DNA of 63,920 bases, filler included, from Octopus bimaculoides (GCF_001194135.2; 7 parts of 7 records of this genome joined end to end with filler, not necessarily neighbours in it); one strand, 5' to 3'; counted from the whole stretch's first letter, positions 50,672-63,856 are shown. The notes: generated from the sequence alone by a model not told the origin. Made by a program: numbers and translations.

Positions 50672-52244
50672 TCATATTATATTATTCATATTAGATATAT
50701 CCCCTGTGAATGAATTTAAACTGCATCCAATAGTGGAACCCTGGTCCTGGCTTTCCAGAGTTTTGCGGAGCGTGGAACAATCTCTTTGCTTCTATTGTTC
50801 CCAGGTCAACTACGACCCAGAGTAGTATCACTTACCAGGGTCCCGGTTAAGGGTTAATTAGCATCATACGGAAGAAACTCCAAGCACAAATCCTCTCACT
50901 GCCTTGTGAGTGGTGTGGGAACGCAAAAGGCTAGTCGCGTCACTCTTGATAGTAAAGTCTTCGGGTTGCCCTGTGCCCTCTTTGACACCTATCCAACAAC
51001 TCCAGCGTAGATGGAGCCCTCCATCCCTGTAACATAATTCACCTAAGACGAGGTCACTCCGATGTAAAACTTACAGATTACTGGTCACCGCAGCTGTCTT
51101 AGCGATCTGAGTCACTGTGGTCAGACATCCAAGTCAGAACCACCAAATGGGATCGGACTGTGAGGACTGATTCTTACTTTAAAACTACTAGGCGCAGGCA
51201 GGAACAAAAAGCCACGCAGCGTCATGATTCGGTTTATATAGTGACTTTCGGGGTTACTGCTCTTCATGATCTTCGGACAAGAAGGAACTGCCATCATATT
51301 AGATCTACTATTTATGTGTGTAATATTGGTTTAAAATTTTGGCACAGTTGCTGTTGTTATTCAGGTCACTGCCTGGAATCGAACTCGGAATCTTGGGGTT
51401 AGTATCTCNNNNNNNNNNNNNNNNNNNNNNNNNNNNNNNNNNNNNNNNNNNNNNNNNNNNNNNNNNNNNNNNNNNNNNNNNNNNNNNNNNNNNNNNNNNN
51501 NNNNNNNNNNNNNNNNNNNNNNNNNNNNNNNNNNNNNNNNNNNNNNNNNNNNNNNNNNNNNNNNNNNNNNNNNNNNNNNNNNNNNNNNNNNNNNNNNNNN
51601 NNNNNNNNNNNNNNNNNNNNNNNNNNNNNNNNNNNNNNNNNNNNNNNNNNNNNNNNNNNNNNNNNNNNNNNNNNNNNNNNNNNNNNNNNNNNNNNNNNNN
51701 NNNNNNNNNNNNNNNNNNNNNNNNNNNNNNNNNNNNNNNNNNNNNNNNNNNNNNNNNNNNNNNNNNNNNNNNNNNNNNNNNNNNNNNNNNNNNNNNNNNN
51801 NNNNNNNNNNNNNNNNNNNNNNNNNNNNNNNNNNNNNNNNNNNNNNNNNNNNNNNNNNNNNNNNNNNNNNNNNNNNNNNNNNNNNNNNNNNNNNNNNNNN
51901 NNNNNNNNNNNNNNNNNNNNNNNNNNNNNNNNNNNNNNNNNNNNNNNNNNNNNNNNNNNNNNNNNNNNNNNNNNNNNNNNNNNNNNNNNNNNNNNNNNNN
52001 NNNNNNNNNNNNNNNNNNNNNNNNNNNNNNNNNNNNNNNNNNNNNNNNNNNNNNNNNNNNNNNNNNNNNNNNNNNNNNNNNNNNNNNNNNNNNNNNNNNN
52101 NNNNNNNNNNNNNNNNNNNNNNNNNNNNNNNNNNNNNCGAAGTGCCACTAAGCATTTCGCTCGACGTGCTAACGATTCAGCTAGCTCGCCGCCTTGTTTT
52201 ATGTGTGTAATATTGGTTTAAAATTTTGGCACAGTTGCTGTTGT

Positions 52245-52525
52245 TATTCAGGTCACTGCCTGGAATCGAACTCGGAATCTTGGGGTTAGTATCTCGCGCT
52301 CTTAACCACTACGCCATATGCACGTGGGCGATTATGGAGTGAATTTTAGGGCTTATAAATCTAATATTCCCCTATCCTTCCTTAATACTCCAAGACACTT
52401 GATGAAGGCTGGAGGATATATCAACCGAAACGTTGTGTTAACAACAAATAAGATGAGGACAAATATCCGTCAATTGTAAATAATGTAAACAATGTACATA
52501 ATTCCTCATCTCTTAAATATAGAAC
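52245..52525. mobile_element. Third hammerhead-element insertion (tRNA head on minus strand, hammerhead arm on plus strand)
   Basis: Head with TGGCGTAGTGG / GAGTTCGATTCC at about 52317-52262; GACAC-UUGAUGA-A-GGCUG...CAACC-GAAACGUU-GUGUU at 52394-52439; tail ends TTAAATATAGAAC. Confidence 0.8.
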
Positions 52526-52551
52526 CAGACAAATATATGTTTAAAAAAATT

Positions 52552-52932
52552 CCCAACCACTTGGTTCCGGATTCAGTCCCACTGCGTGGCGCCTTGGACA
52601 AGTGCCTTCTACTATAGCCTTAGAGACGACCAAACCTTGTGAGTGGATTTGGTAGACGGAAACTAAAAGAAGCCCGTCGTATATATAAATATATATATAT
52701 ATGTATATATGCATGTATGTATTTGTGTGTCTGTGTTTTTCCCCCCTCCACCGCTTGACAACCGATGTTGGTGTGTTTACGTCCCTCGTAACTTAGCGGT
52801 TCGGCAAAAGAACCGATAGAATAAGTACTAGACTTACAAAGAATAAGCCATGGGGTCGATTTGTTCGACTAAAGGCAGTGCTCCAGCAAGGTCGCAGTCA
52901 AATGACTGAAACAAGTAAAAGAACAAAAGAAT
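52552..52932 (+). mobile_element. SINE family B
   Basis: Family blocks through GACTGAAACAAGTAAAAGA. Confidence 0.85.
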
Positions 52933-53649
52933 ATGTGCCGGGTCTGCAGAAAAGTGTGTATGACTATGTGCTGAATAACTGACATTTCGTGGCCCTTTTT
53001 ATATAGGACCTACTTCTTTATTCTAGAATTTTCCATTTGATGTCTTAGTTCTGCATCGAACCCCTTCAGCTTCCAAATACAATTGGACTGTTTAGTATTT
53101 GTTCGTTTATTAACATATCTCAAACACAACACACACACTCACACACTGCGACCTCGTACACTAGTGAACATTCAGCTTACGAGTGCTACTCTCTTTATCT
53201 CTCGACTGGTTTCTTTGAAAAAACAATGTCCATATTGGCAATCACATTTACACATAGTTACAGCATACACAAATATCTGTCATAAATTAGATATGTTGCC
53301 ACTAGAGAAAACCTATCTTGATGAAATTGAAAATCCCTGCTATTTAATCTAATTATGTTTTCAGAACAGATTTCATCAACAGATGTGCACATTTCGATAA
53401 GTATCTTCTCAGTCAGTGAGAAATTTATATATCGAGCATGCATCTATAAGTACATATATAAACATACATATATACATACACACATACATACATGCATACA
53501 TATAGATATACATACATACGTTTGTACATACATACATGCATACATATAGATATACATACATACGTTTGTACATACATACATGCATACGTTTGTACATACA
53601 TACATACATATATACACATTTATGCGTACACATACACACACACATATAC

Positions 53650-53691
<42 letters not shown>

Positions 53692-54522
53692 GAACGCACA
53701 CATACCTCTACACACAACCCTCTAAACACACACAATGTACACACATATACGCACGTACATAAACTTCCACACACACATTTATATAATGAGAGAATGCCCG
53801 AGAGAATGACATACAAAGATAAACATACACACACACGCCCATAAACACACACACACACAAACATGTGCACATACACATATACACATTCCTACACCGTCTA
53901 AGCACACATGCCAATATACACGCACACACAACCACCACCCTCACACAGCCACATCCACCCATTCACACATCCTTCAGACAACGCACCCACACTCCACCTC
54001 ATCCCCCTCCCTGGCTCACACACGTACACAAACACACGCAGGCACGAACACACGCAAACACACGCAACACGCATGAACGCACATATACCACCACATACAC
54101 AACACATACCCAACACACACATGCACGCGCGCACATACATACACACACATGCATACACTTCCACACTCACTCACACGCACACGCACACACGCACACAGTT
54201 ACTTCCACGTACACACACGCTACCTTACACACACTCCGTATCACACGCATACACATACCACCACCACACGCGCGCGCGAACTCACACACTCAATTACTGC
54301 CATACACACACGCTACCATACACACACGCTATCACACGCACATACCATCGCACACACATCCGCACATACACACAGATACCATCCATTCTTCACACTCTCC
54401 TATCCCGAAAAGCACTTTCGCTTTGTCCATCTGCTTCTGGTCATTCTAAAATGTTATACACACGTGGACTGTTGGCGATTTTTTAACTCCTTCCTTTTCT
54501 TTTGGACTTTCCTATGTCTCCT

Positions 54523-54556
54523 GTTCCGAAGACGAGTTTTGCTCGAAACGTAAAAC
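54523..54556 (+). ncRNA. Minimal hammerhead-like motif (U4>C)
   Basis: GUU-CCGAAGA-C-GAG-UUUUG-CUC-GAAACGUA-AAAC. Confidence 0.4.
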
Positions 54557-54805
54557 AACCACTATATATATATACATCTGTCAGACGGGACCTTGATGAC
54601 TGCCATGAGGCAGGAAAGTATACTAGTCCTTATATATTTAATACTCAATATTTCATATATTCAATAAGACATTCAATACTTCATTTAATTTTACTATTTA
54701 TATTAAGTAAACATTTAGATGTTTGTGTATGTGTAAATATAAATGTGTGTATATGATTGTGTATACAAGTTTATGTGAGTGTGTATGTCCACATGTGTAT
54801 GTATG

Positions 54806-54840
<35 letters not shown>

Positions 54841-54975
54841 CTGTGTATGTATGTGTATATATATATATATATGTATATGTGTATGTGTGTGTATGTGTAT
54901 GTATATATATATATATATATATAAATGTATGTGTATGTGTGTGTGTGTGTATGTATATATATGTATATATATTTT

Positions 54976-55026
<51 letters not shown>

Positions 55027-55472
55027 GTATATATATGTTTGTATATGTATATATATGTTTGTATATGGGTATATATGTGTGTGGATGAGTGTATCTGTGT
55101 GTATGTATGNNNNNNNNNNNNNNNNNNNNNNNNNNNNNNNNNNNNNNNNNNNNNNNNNNNNNNNNNNNNNNNNNNNNNNNNNNNNNNNNNNNNNNNNNNN
55201 NNNNNNNNNTTTCGCATAAGACACATGTATAAAAGAAGGTAAGAGACGTAATGCACACCACAAACTTGCATATGCACGGATAATTTAACAGTAAGGAAGT
55301 TTGCTGCTTCTAACGAAAGAATGCCTCACATTTTTCCGCAATGTTTCTAACCCCAAATGGCTTATTTTTTTTTATATCTACCACTATGTCTTTCTCCATT
55401 TTTAAGTTAAGGGTGAAAATAAAGTAACCCTGCAAAACACAACTGATCTTTACACACAGATGCACAGAATGG

Positions 55473-55738
55473 CAGCAATCAAATAACGACAGCAGATTGC
55501 ACAACAAACATCAGCAATCTGACTGTAGCCTGTACTCTTGACAAAAGATGTCAGTTAGTCCTTTACACTTTACCAGGCTCGTTCGTATTAGCCCGAGTTA
55601 CTACTGTATAACAGCAATCAAATAATGAAAGCAGAGTGCACAACAAACATCACTGCTCTGACTGTCGCCTATACTCTTGACAAGAGATGTCAGCCATTTT
55701 CACCTACGAGGCTCATTCGTATCAGCCCGAGTTGCTAG
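55473..55738 (+). repeat. Two tandem copies of a 139-bp unit
   Basis: CAGCAATCAAATAA starts at 55473 and 55612; both units end ...AGCCCGAGTT. Confidence 0.85.
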
Positions 55739-55959
55739 ATAATTGTTCGTCATTTAAGAATATTGTAGAACGGAAAATTTTCATAGATTGGGATTTAAAT
55801 CCTAATCTCTATAGAAATTTATTATTTCAAAGAAACGTTAAATTTGAATTACTTTTAATTTTTACGTTTATAGATAACAACTCGGGCTGTAACTTCTGAG
55901 CCCGAGTCAGGCGCGTGTTAACGATGTTGAGAGAACGTCTGCTACGAATGATATTTTTT

Positions 55960-56529
55960 TGACACAGGGCACCTCTAATACGACCACCAGATGCTGAAGG
56001 AAAATAAATGAACTGCGACCAAGCTCAATAAAAGGAGCCCAAGTTATTGGCTGCAATTACATATTGATGTCAGTTTTGGCAGGAATTAGATCGGCTTGCA
56101 AATACCCGTTCACTTTACTAAATTTATACTCGGGATAAGCCCAAAACACATTCTACAGATTTCTTGATAGGGGAAGGTTTAAAGTTTATTTTAAGATAGT
56201 ATACACTCAACATGAGCACCATGTGTTGCTCGGCAAACATCGAAACATCAAAACCCTTTTCTGTGAAAGTTTTATGCCATTCGTAAATTTGCTTGTGACG
56301 AGGTGGATTTTTATTGAATTGGTGGCGAAATTCACGTTGCACTTGCATAATCGATTTGCATTTCTCAAACTGCAGCACGCAAAAAGACTTTTCTTGTGGC
56401 GTCAGCATTTTCTACGAAATTACACAAATGAAAATTATATAACTTTGAATAAAATGAACAAAATGAAACATTAAAACAAAGTTAAAATATTATTTAATTT
56501 AAGGCTTATTTCAATTGATCACGTTCAGC
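55960..56529 (-). mobile_element. Tc1/mariner-superfamily element, N-terminal HTH (DUF4817-like), internally deleted
   Basis: ORF 56408-56124 begins MLTPQEKSFCVLQFEKCKSIMQVQREFRHQFNKNPPRHKQIYEWHKTFTEKG; similarity stops after that. Confidence 0.75.
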
Positions 56530-57779
56530 NNNNNNNNNNNNNNNNNNNNNNNNNNNNNNNNNNNNNNNNNNNNNNNNNNNNNNNNNNNNNNNNNNNNNNN
56601 NNNNNNNNNNNNNNNNNNNNNNNNNNNNNNNNNNNNNNNNNNNNNNNNNNNNNNNNNNNNNNNNNNNNNNNNNNNNNNNNNNNNNNNNNNNNNNNNNNNN
56701 NNNNNNNNNNNNNNNNNNNNNNNNNNNNNNNNNNNNNNNNNNNNNNNNNNNNNNNNNNNNNNNNNNNNNNNNNNNNNNNNNNNNNNNNNNNNNNNNNNNN
56801 NNNNNNNNNNNNNNNNNNNNNNNNNNNNNNNNNNNNNNNNNNNNNNNNNNNNNNNNNNNNNNNNNNNNNNNNNNNNNNNNNNNNNNNNNNNNNNNNNNNN
56901 NNNNNNNNNNNNNNNNNNNNNNNNNNNNNNNNNNNNNNNNNNNNNNNNNNNNNNNNNNNNNNNNNNNNNNNNNNNNNNNNNNNNNNNNNNNNNNNNNNNN
57001 NNNNNNNNNNNNNNNNATATATATATATATATATATATAATTTAAATCACATTAAGACGGGATGTTCACAACCCAAAGTTTCGCGATTAATAAATATGAA
57101 CACCCCCCTCTCTCTCTCCCCCTCTCAAACACTTGAATATACAGTGTAACCTACGAAAGTGCTATGATTTTATTTCATCTCCTCAAGCTGCAAATAGTTG
57201 TCCCTTAACGCAGCCCATAGTGTTGTTGCTGTTGTTGTTGTTGTTGTTGTTTTTACTACTTCTGTTGCTGCTGCTGCCACGAGTGATATTGGTGCTGCTA
57301 AACCCTTGATCAGTTTTGATCGAGCAGACGTATGCTCAAACCTCGTTCCAGCCTTGGCCGTCACATTTACACACACGCACACACACGCACACACACGCAC
57401 ACACACACACGCACACAAACACACGCATATACACACACACACACGTCACAAACACAAGTATGAACACATTATCCATTTGCTCTATTTTAAAGACGATCGT
57501 GCATAATTTGAGGGATATTTAGTCGCTATCTCTAGTAAGCTGGATAACCATGTACAGCGATACTCAGCGCCTGGCTTGATAGACTGTTGCAGTGATATAT
57601 GTGTGCCGACAGGCCACAAAACCTCGTGCAACCCAACAGAGGAACGAAGATCGAACAATTCCGCTCAGACAAAGATTATTCAGAGGTAATTCTTGAGAAT
57701 TGCATCTGTGTTACTTTTACGACAGATGATCACCTGTCAAGAGACATTTCACATATTGCTATAGTTGGCACTTAGGAAA

Positions 57780-58225
57780 TCATGGCTTCGTCATCATCAT
57801 CATCACCATCATTGTCATCATCGTCGTTGTCGTTATCTTCGTCGTCGTCGTCATCATGATGATGATGCATCATCATCATCACCATAATCATCGTCATCAT
57901 CATCATCGTCGTCGTCGTCATCATCATCTTAATCATCGTCGTTGTTATTGTCATCGTCATCTTCGTCACTATCATCGTTATCCTATTCCTACTACCCCTC
58001 CCCATCCTCCTCCTCCGCTTCCTCCTCCTCCTCCGCTTCCTCCTCCGCTTCCTCCTCCTCCTCTTCTTTCTCCTCCTCCGCTTCCTTCTACTCCTCCTCC
58101 GCTTCCTCCTACTCCTCCGCTTCCTCCTGCTCCTGCTCCTCCTGCTTCTCCTCCTCCTCCTCCTCCTCCTCCTCATCGTCATCATCATCATCATCATCAG
58201 AAGTAGTAGTAGTGGTGGTGGTGGT
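57780..58225 (+). repeat. (CAT)n/(CGT)n/(CCT)n low-complexity tract
   Basis: Direct reading. Confidence 0.95.
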
Positions 58226-58620
58226 NNNNNNNNNNNNNNNNNNNNNNNNNNNNNNNNNNNNNNNNNNNNNNNNNNNNNNNNNNNNNNNNNNNNNNNNNNN
58301 NNNNNNNNNNNNNNNNNNNNNNNNNNNNNNNNNNNNNNNNNNNNNNNNNNNNNNNNNNNNNNNNNNNNNNNNNNNNNNNNNNNNNNNNNNNNNNNNNNNN
58401 NNNNNNNNNNNNNNNNNNNNNNNNNNNNNNNNNNNNNNNNNNNNNNNNNNNNNNNNNNNNNNNNNNNNNNNNNNNNNNNNNNNNNNNNNTGTTTATTATT
58501 ATTATTATTTTTTTTTTCCTATTTATCTTTCAGAAAGAGAATATTTAATTCTTATTGAAGTCTCTTATATACAACAAAAACAGATTTTTTTTTTCCATCA
58601 TTTGTGTTGTTCTTATAATC

Positions 58621-58652
<32 letters not shown>

Positions 58653-59072
58653 AGTTGCAGTTGTTGTTGTTGTTGTTTGTTGTCTGTATTGTTGTTATTG
58701 TTGTTATTGTAGTTATTACTTTCTGTGTTGTAATCATTCTTGAATATGTTATTACTGTTGTTATTTCTTTCGTTCATATACGTGGTTTGTCTTATTACAG
58801 CTCTTATTTCAGTTCCTTGTTTGTTGCTTATTGTTCTTGTTATTGTTATCACAGTCGTCTTTTTTTTTAGATTATTTTCTTTGTTTCTTTGTTGTTTGGC
58901 TTATTTCTTTGTTAGTATATATATATATATATATTTCTATCTGTTTTGTTTTTCTCTCTGGTGTTTCAGTTGTTCTTATTTCGTTGATTATTATTGACGT
59001 TTTCAATATTAAAGTAGATTTCTCTTGTAACTTATCGTTCGCTTGAAGTTTCACTATCGCTGTTTTGAATGT

Positions 59073-59113
<41 letters not shown>

Positions 59114-59137
59114 TAGTAGTAGGAGTTGTTGTATAAA

Positions 59138-59349
59138 AGGCGGTGAGATGGCAGAATCGTTAGCACGCCGAGCAACATGCTTAGCGATAGTTCGTCAGTC
59201 TTTACGCTTTAAGTTCAAATTCCGCCGAGGTCAACTTTGTCTTTCATCCTTTCGGGGAACGATAGATTAATTACCAGTGAAACACTGGGCCGATGAAATC
59301 GACTAATACCCCACCCCAAATTTCAGGCTTTGTGCCTATAGTAGAAAGG
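59138..59349 (+). mobile_element. SINE family A followed by a long (ATT)n
   Basis: AAGGCGGTGAGATGGCAGAATCGTTAGC head; (ATT)n 59350-59547. Confidence 0.85.
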
Positions 59350-59549
<200 letters not shown>

Positions 59550-59599
59550 GGCGGCNNNNNNNNNNNNNNNNNNNNNNNNNNNNNNNNNNNNNNNNNNNN

Positions 59600-59611
59600 T
59601 TAATTAATTAA
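59600..59611. other. Artificial TTAATTAATTAA linker
   Basis: 44 N + 12-mer + N run. Confidence 0.95.
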
Positions 59612-59893
59612 NNNNNNNNNNNNNNNNNNNNNNNNNNNNNNNNNNNNNNNNNNNNTTTTTATATTTTTTTGTTGTGTTATATTTTTTTACATAATAACTT
59701 CCTCTTGCACACTTATGTACAGAAAGTATTTTTCGTTAATTTTTATTGTTCTTGTTTTAAAATATTCCCACTTGTTGTTGTTGTCATAAATGCATTTAAT
59801 CTTTACTGTTGTAAAATAAATGCGTAATTTACAGACATATCTATCTCTTAAACATTTCGACTAAATAATACAATACACGCGCACACGTACAAG

Positions 59894-59948
<55 letters not shown>

Positions 59949-60084
59949 TGTATGTATGTGTATGTATGTATATATGTATGTATGCATGTATATATGTATA
60001 TATATGTTTGTGTATGTCTGTGTGTATGCATGTATCATGTATATCTTTATTTGCATATATATGTATGTGTAGACGCAGTCCCAC

Positions 60085-60330
60085 CTGGGAGAAGAGTCTT
60101 TTACTAAAGCCGCGGCCCGACCAAAGCCTTGTGAGTGAACTTAGTTAATGGGAACTGAAAGAAGCCCGTCGTATATACATACATACAAACATATATATAT
60201 ATCGATGTGTGTCTGTGTGTTTGTGTTTGCGTTTGCCCCTACCACTCTTTGACAACTGGTATTGGTGTGTTTACGTCCCCGTAACTTAGCGGTTCAGCAA
60301 AAATGAACGGTAGAATAAGTATCAGGCTTT
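60085..60330 (+). mobile_element. SINE family B, partial
   Basis: CCGACCAAAGCCTTGTGAGTG...GAAGCCCGTCG...GTAACTTAGCGGTTC. Confidence 0.75.
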
Positions 60331-61487
60331 AAAAATAATTTTTATACATACACACACACTAACTACTAATAACAGAGACTCATAGAGAAATTCTCGTGTA
60401 GCACTCGCGTTTATCGTAATAATCTAGTGACGTATAGATGTCTTATTATAGGGATCTTTTTTGTTATTCCATCTACTGGAAGTTCAATGCCGATGAAAGC
60501 GTAGTGGTGTATGCGGATCTAATCAGAAGGAAGTGCAGAGTTACAAAGTAGCGGGACTCAATAGTCACCAGGGAGGTCACGGACAGAAAGCCAGAAATGT
60601 CATTGACAACGTGGAGGCACAGGGATGCGGCAATCATTTGTGAAGATAGAGCAATCACGATCTAGATGTGTGTGCGTGTGTATGTGTGTATGTGTGTGTG
60701 TGTGAGTTTAGAGGGATGTATTATCCGGATGGATACCGTGAACATAACATAATTCCCCAGAATTAAACACAGTCATATAATCGCGAGCATTTTCATGCTG
60801 CATTTTTTTTTTTAATAGATTTAACAAATAATCCTTATTTATATGATAGCGAAAAGCAAATAGCATTAACACAAGCATAGCGGCAATTCCTCATACGTTA
60901 GCACTTCCGGTTTCAAAAGAATTGAAGTGGATGTTTATATGTGTATCTATGCATATGTATGAACGGATGAATAAATGCAGATATATATGTATATATATAT
61001 ATATACATTGACTTACTTAGATACCTTGAATGTATTATGTTCTCGCTCACAAAATTCTTACCTTGTACACGCATGTGCTGTCAATTTCTTCTTTTCAACA
61101 AAAGAATAATTTTTAATACAGATATACGCATCTTGCCCTACATATCTTCATTTTCCAGTACCCAGTGATAGAGTTAGGTTTTAGATACCTTTTTTTTTTT
61201 TTCATCATTTTTTTCCTTTTGTTTCAGTAATATCTTTTCGTTGCATTTCTGTTTTTGTATCTCTTCCACTTAAAAGTCAAGAAGACAAGCGTTATAAGTT
61301 TCAAGTATAATTTCTTTATTCAAAACTAATCGTTTCAAACTATATATATATAAATATATGTGTGTGCGTTTGTGTGTGTCTGTGTATTCATATATATATA
61401 TATATATACCTGTGTGTGTGTGTTTATATATATATATATATATNNNNNNNNNNNNNNNNNNNNNNNNNNNNNNNNNNNNNNNNNNNN

Positions 61488-61499
61488 TTAATTAATTAA
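61488..61499. other. Artificial TTAATTAATTAA linker
   Basis: 44 N + 12-mer + N run. Confidence 0.95.
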
Positions 61500-61543
61500 N
61501 NNNNNNNNNNNNNNNNNNNNNNNNNNNNNNNNNNNNNNNNNNN

Positions 61544-62486
61544 CATTATTCAGTTCCACTTCAACAAATCTCTTCTTGTAGTTCTTAATCAATTACTCGT
61601 ATGTTTCTTTTGGAATTTTTTCCCATTTTTCTTGACAAATTTTCTTCAAATCTGGAATGCACATTGGGGCGCTTGAATGAGTTTTAATTTTCAAATAACG
61701 TTACAAATTTTGAAGTCTGGTGACTGGCTTGGCTATTCTAATAATTTTATATTGTGATTGACAATCCATTTTTGGTAGACTTCGCCGTGTGCTTAGGGGC
61801 GTTATCCTGTTGTAAAACCCACCCTTCACGAAGCTGGAGCTTTTCTACAGAGTCCCATCTATCACATGTAAATTGCCAGTGCTATTTGCAGAGAAACACC
61901 CCTACACAATGATGTTGCCACCTCCAAACTTTACAGTAGGAATTGTGTTTTTCGGCGAATAGATGGTACCATCTTTCCTCCAAACATGACTACGCGAATT
62001 TCGTCCAAACAATTCAATTTTCGACTCGTCTGTACAAAGAACATTTTCCCAGAATGTATCAGATTTATCTTTATGTTCATAAACAAATTTTAAACGGGCA
62101 TCTCTAAGCCTTTTAGTCAAGAGTGGAGTTTATCTAGGAGAGCATGACTTCAGTTCATTCCTAGGAAGATCATTGCTGATTGTTCATAGTGTAACACTAG
62201 TCCCTGAAGCTAACAAATCTTTTTGCAACTCTTTTCTGGTGATCATTGCATTTTTTTCGATACTTCACTTCATTTTTCTTAAAGATTTAGGGGAAATCTT
62301 GCGTGGTGCACCGGATCTTATTCTGTTTTCAACAGTTCCCGATTTTTTATATATTTGAATAAAGGAAGATATGGTAGAAAATGGAATACAAAGTATCTCT
62401 GATATTTTCCTGTAACTTTTACCTGCTTTCCACTGTTCAATAATTAGGTTTTTCACTGAATTTGTGAGTTCTTTACTTTTCGCCAT
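61544..62486 (-). mobile_element. Tc1 transposase pseudogene
   Basis: MAKSKELT...GKSYRKIS...RSGAPRKISP; FWENVLCTDESKIELFG; TVKFGGGNIIV; QDNAPKH; multiple stops and frameshifts; truncated by gap. Confidence 0.93.
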
Positions 62487-62824
62487 TATTACGACACTAC
62501 TTTTTGTTGTCTCAGTGCCGAATGAAGAAGCTAGCGTTTTGACACTTAAAAATGACCACTAATAAAATTATTGGAACAAACGAGAAAGTTCTAGTAAAAA
62601 AAAAGAAAAAATTTAACAGTATTTTGTAGCTTAGAAACTCATAAATTTATTCTATACGATTACTTTTTTCACCCCTAAATATTTATATTTGTATATAAAT
62701 TCATTAGTTACTACAATTTATTAGTTTCTATTGTATATTCTTAGTTTATGCATGTGTATGCAAATATAGTATTGGTATATNNNNNNNNNNNNNNNNNNNN
62801 NNNNNNNNNNNNNNNNNNNNNNNN

Positions 62825-62836
62825 TTAATTAATTAA
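62825..62836. other. Artificial TTAATTAATTAA linker
   Basis: 44 N + 12-mer + 44 N. Confidence 0.95.
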
Positions 62837-62896
62837 NNNNNNNNNNNNNNNNNNNNNNNNNNNNNNNNNNNNNNNNNNNNTATATATATATATATA

Positions 62897-63395
62897 TGGA
62901 GGCGCAATGGCCCAATGGTTAGGACAGCGGACTCGCGGTCGTAGGATCACGGTTTCGATTCCGAGACCGGCCGTTGTGAGTGTTTATTGAACAAAAGCAC
63001 CTAAAACTCCACGAGGGTCCGACAGTGGGGTGGTGGCGAACCCTGCTGTACTCTTTCACCACAAATTTCTCTCACTCTTTCTTACTATTTTCAAAGTGCC
63101 AACCTTGTCATATTCTGTGTCACGCTGAATCTTCCTGAGAAGTTCCACGATATATATAAATATATATATACATACATATTCGTGTGTGTGCTTGTGTTTG
63201 TCCTCCACTACCGCTTGGCTACCGGTATGATTTGTTTACGCTTCCGTTACATAGCGGTTCAGCAAAAGTTTCCGATAGAGTAAAGACCTGACTTTAAAAT
63301 AAGTATTAAGGTTGATTTGTTCGACTAAACACCCCAAAGTGGTGCCCCAACATGGCCACAGTTCAAACACTGAAACAAGTAAAAATAAAAGATAA
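62897..63395 (+). mobile_element. SINE C 5' part joined to SINE B 3' part
   Basis: C homology to about 63140, (TA)-rich junction, B homology to TGAAACAAGTAAAA. Confidence 0.75.
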
Positions 63396-63434
63396 AAGAG
63401 ATCACTTTGAGACACTCATCACGTTCTCTTGTAG

Positions 63435-63466
63435 TAACTATGGCAATGATACCAGAAGTGGTTTCG
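63435..63466 (+). other. Candidate 32-nt micro-exon
   Basis: GTTCTCTTGTAG|TAACTATGG...GGTTTCG|GTGAGT; two frames open; no partner exon identified. Confidence 0.25.
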
Positions 63467-63855
63467 GTGAGTGAACATCTCTACTTTAAACTCTTGACCT
63501 TTTTGTCAAGTCATCTGTTTTTAACATGTTGACTTCATATTCCATCTTCGTAGTTTATGCTTTCATAACTGTTTGCTTCAGTGTTTATATTCATGCAATG
63601 ACATCACTGAGTGAACATATCGCCTTTTGATAAAGAGAAAATGACAAGGCGAGAAAGAAAGAGGGAGAGAGAGAGAGAGAGAGAGACAGTTAAAGAGAAA
63701 GACAGAGTGGAGAAGGCAGACAGACGGATCCAGAAAGAAAGAGGTGAAGAGAACAGGAAGGTCGAAGGAACAGACATGACAGCATGGCAGTAAAAAATAC
63801 TTCAATATTGAGTTCTATAACAATCATCAGTCACTTCTTGCTACTATGACACATG

Positions 63856-63856
<1 letters not shown>

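Noticed and set aside
51312-52294. Identical 97-bp sequence on both sides of a 729-N gap
   Set aside because: Most simply an unmerged contig overlap or collapsed repeat; cannot be resolved without reads.
57506-57690. 60-codon open frame ending at CAGAG|GTAATT
   Set aside because: No recognisable protein, ambiguous acceptor, and below what chance excludes.
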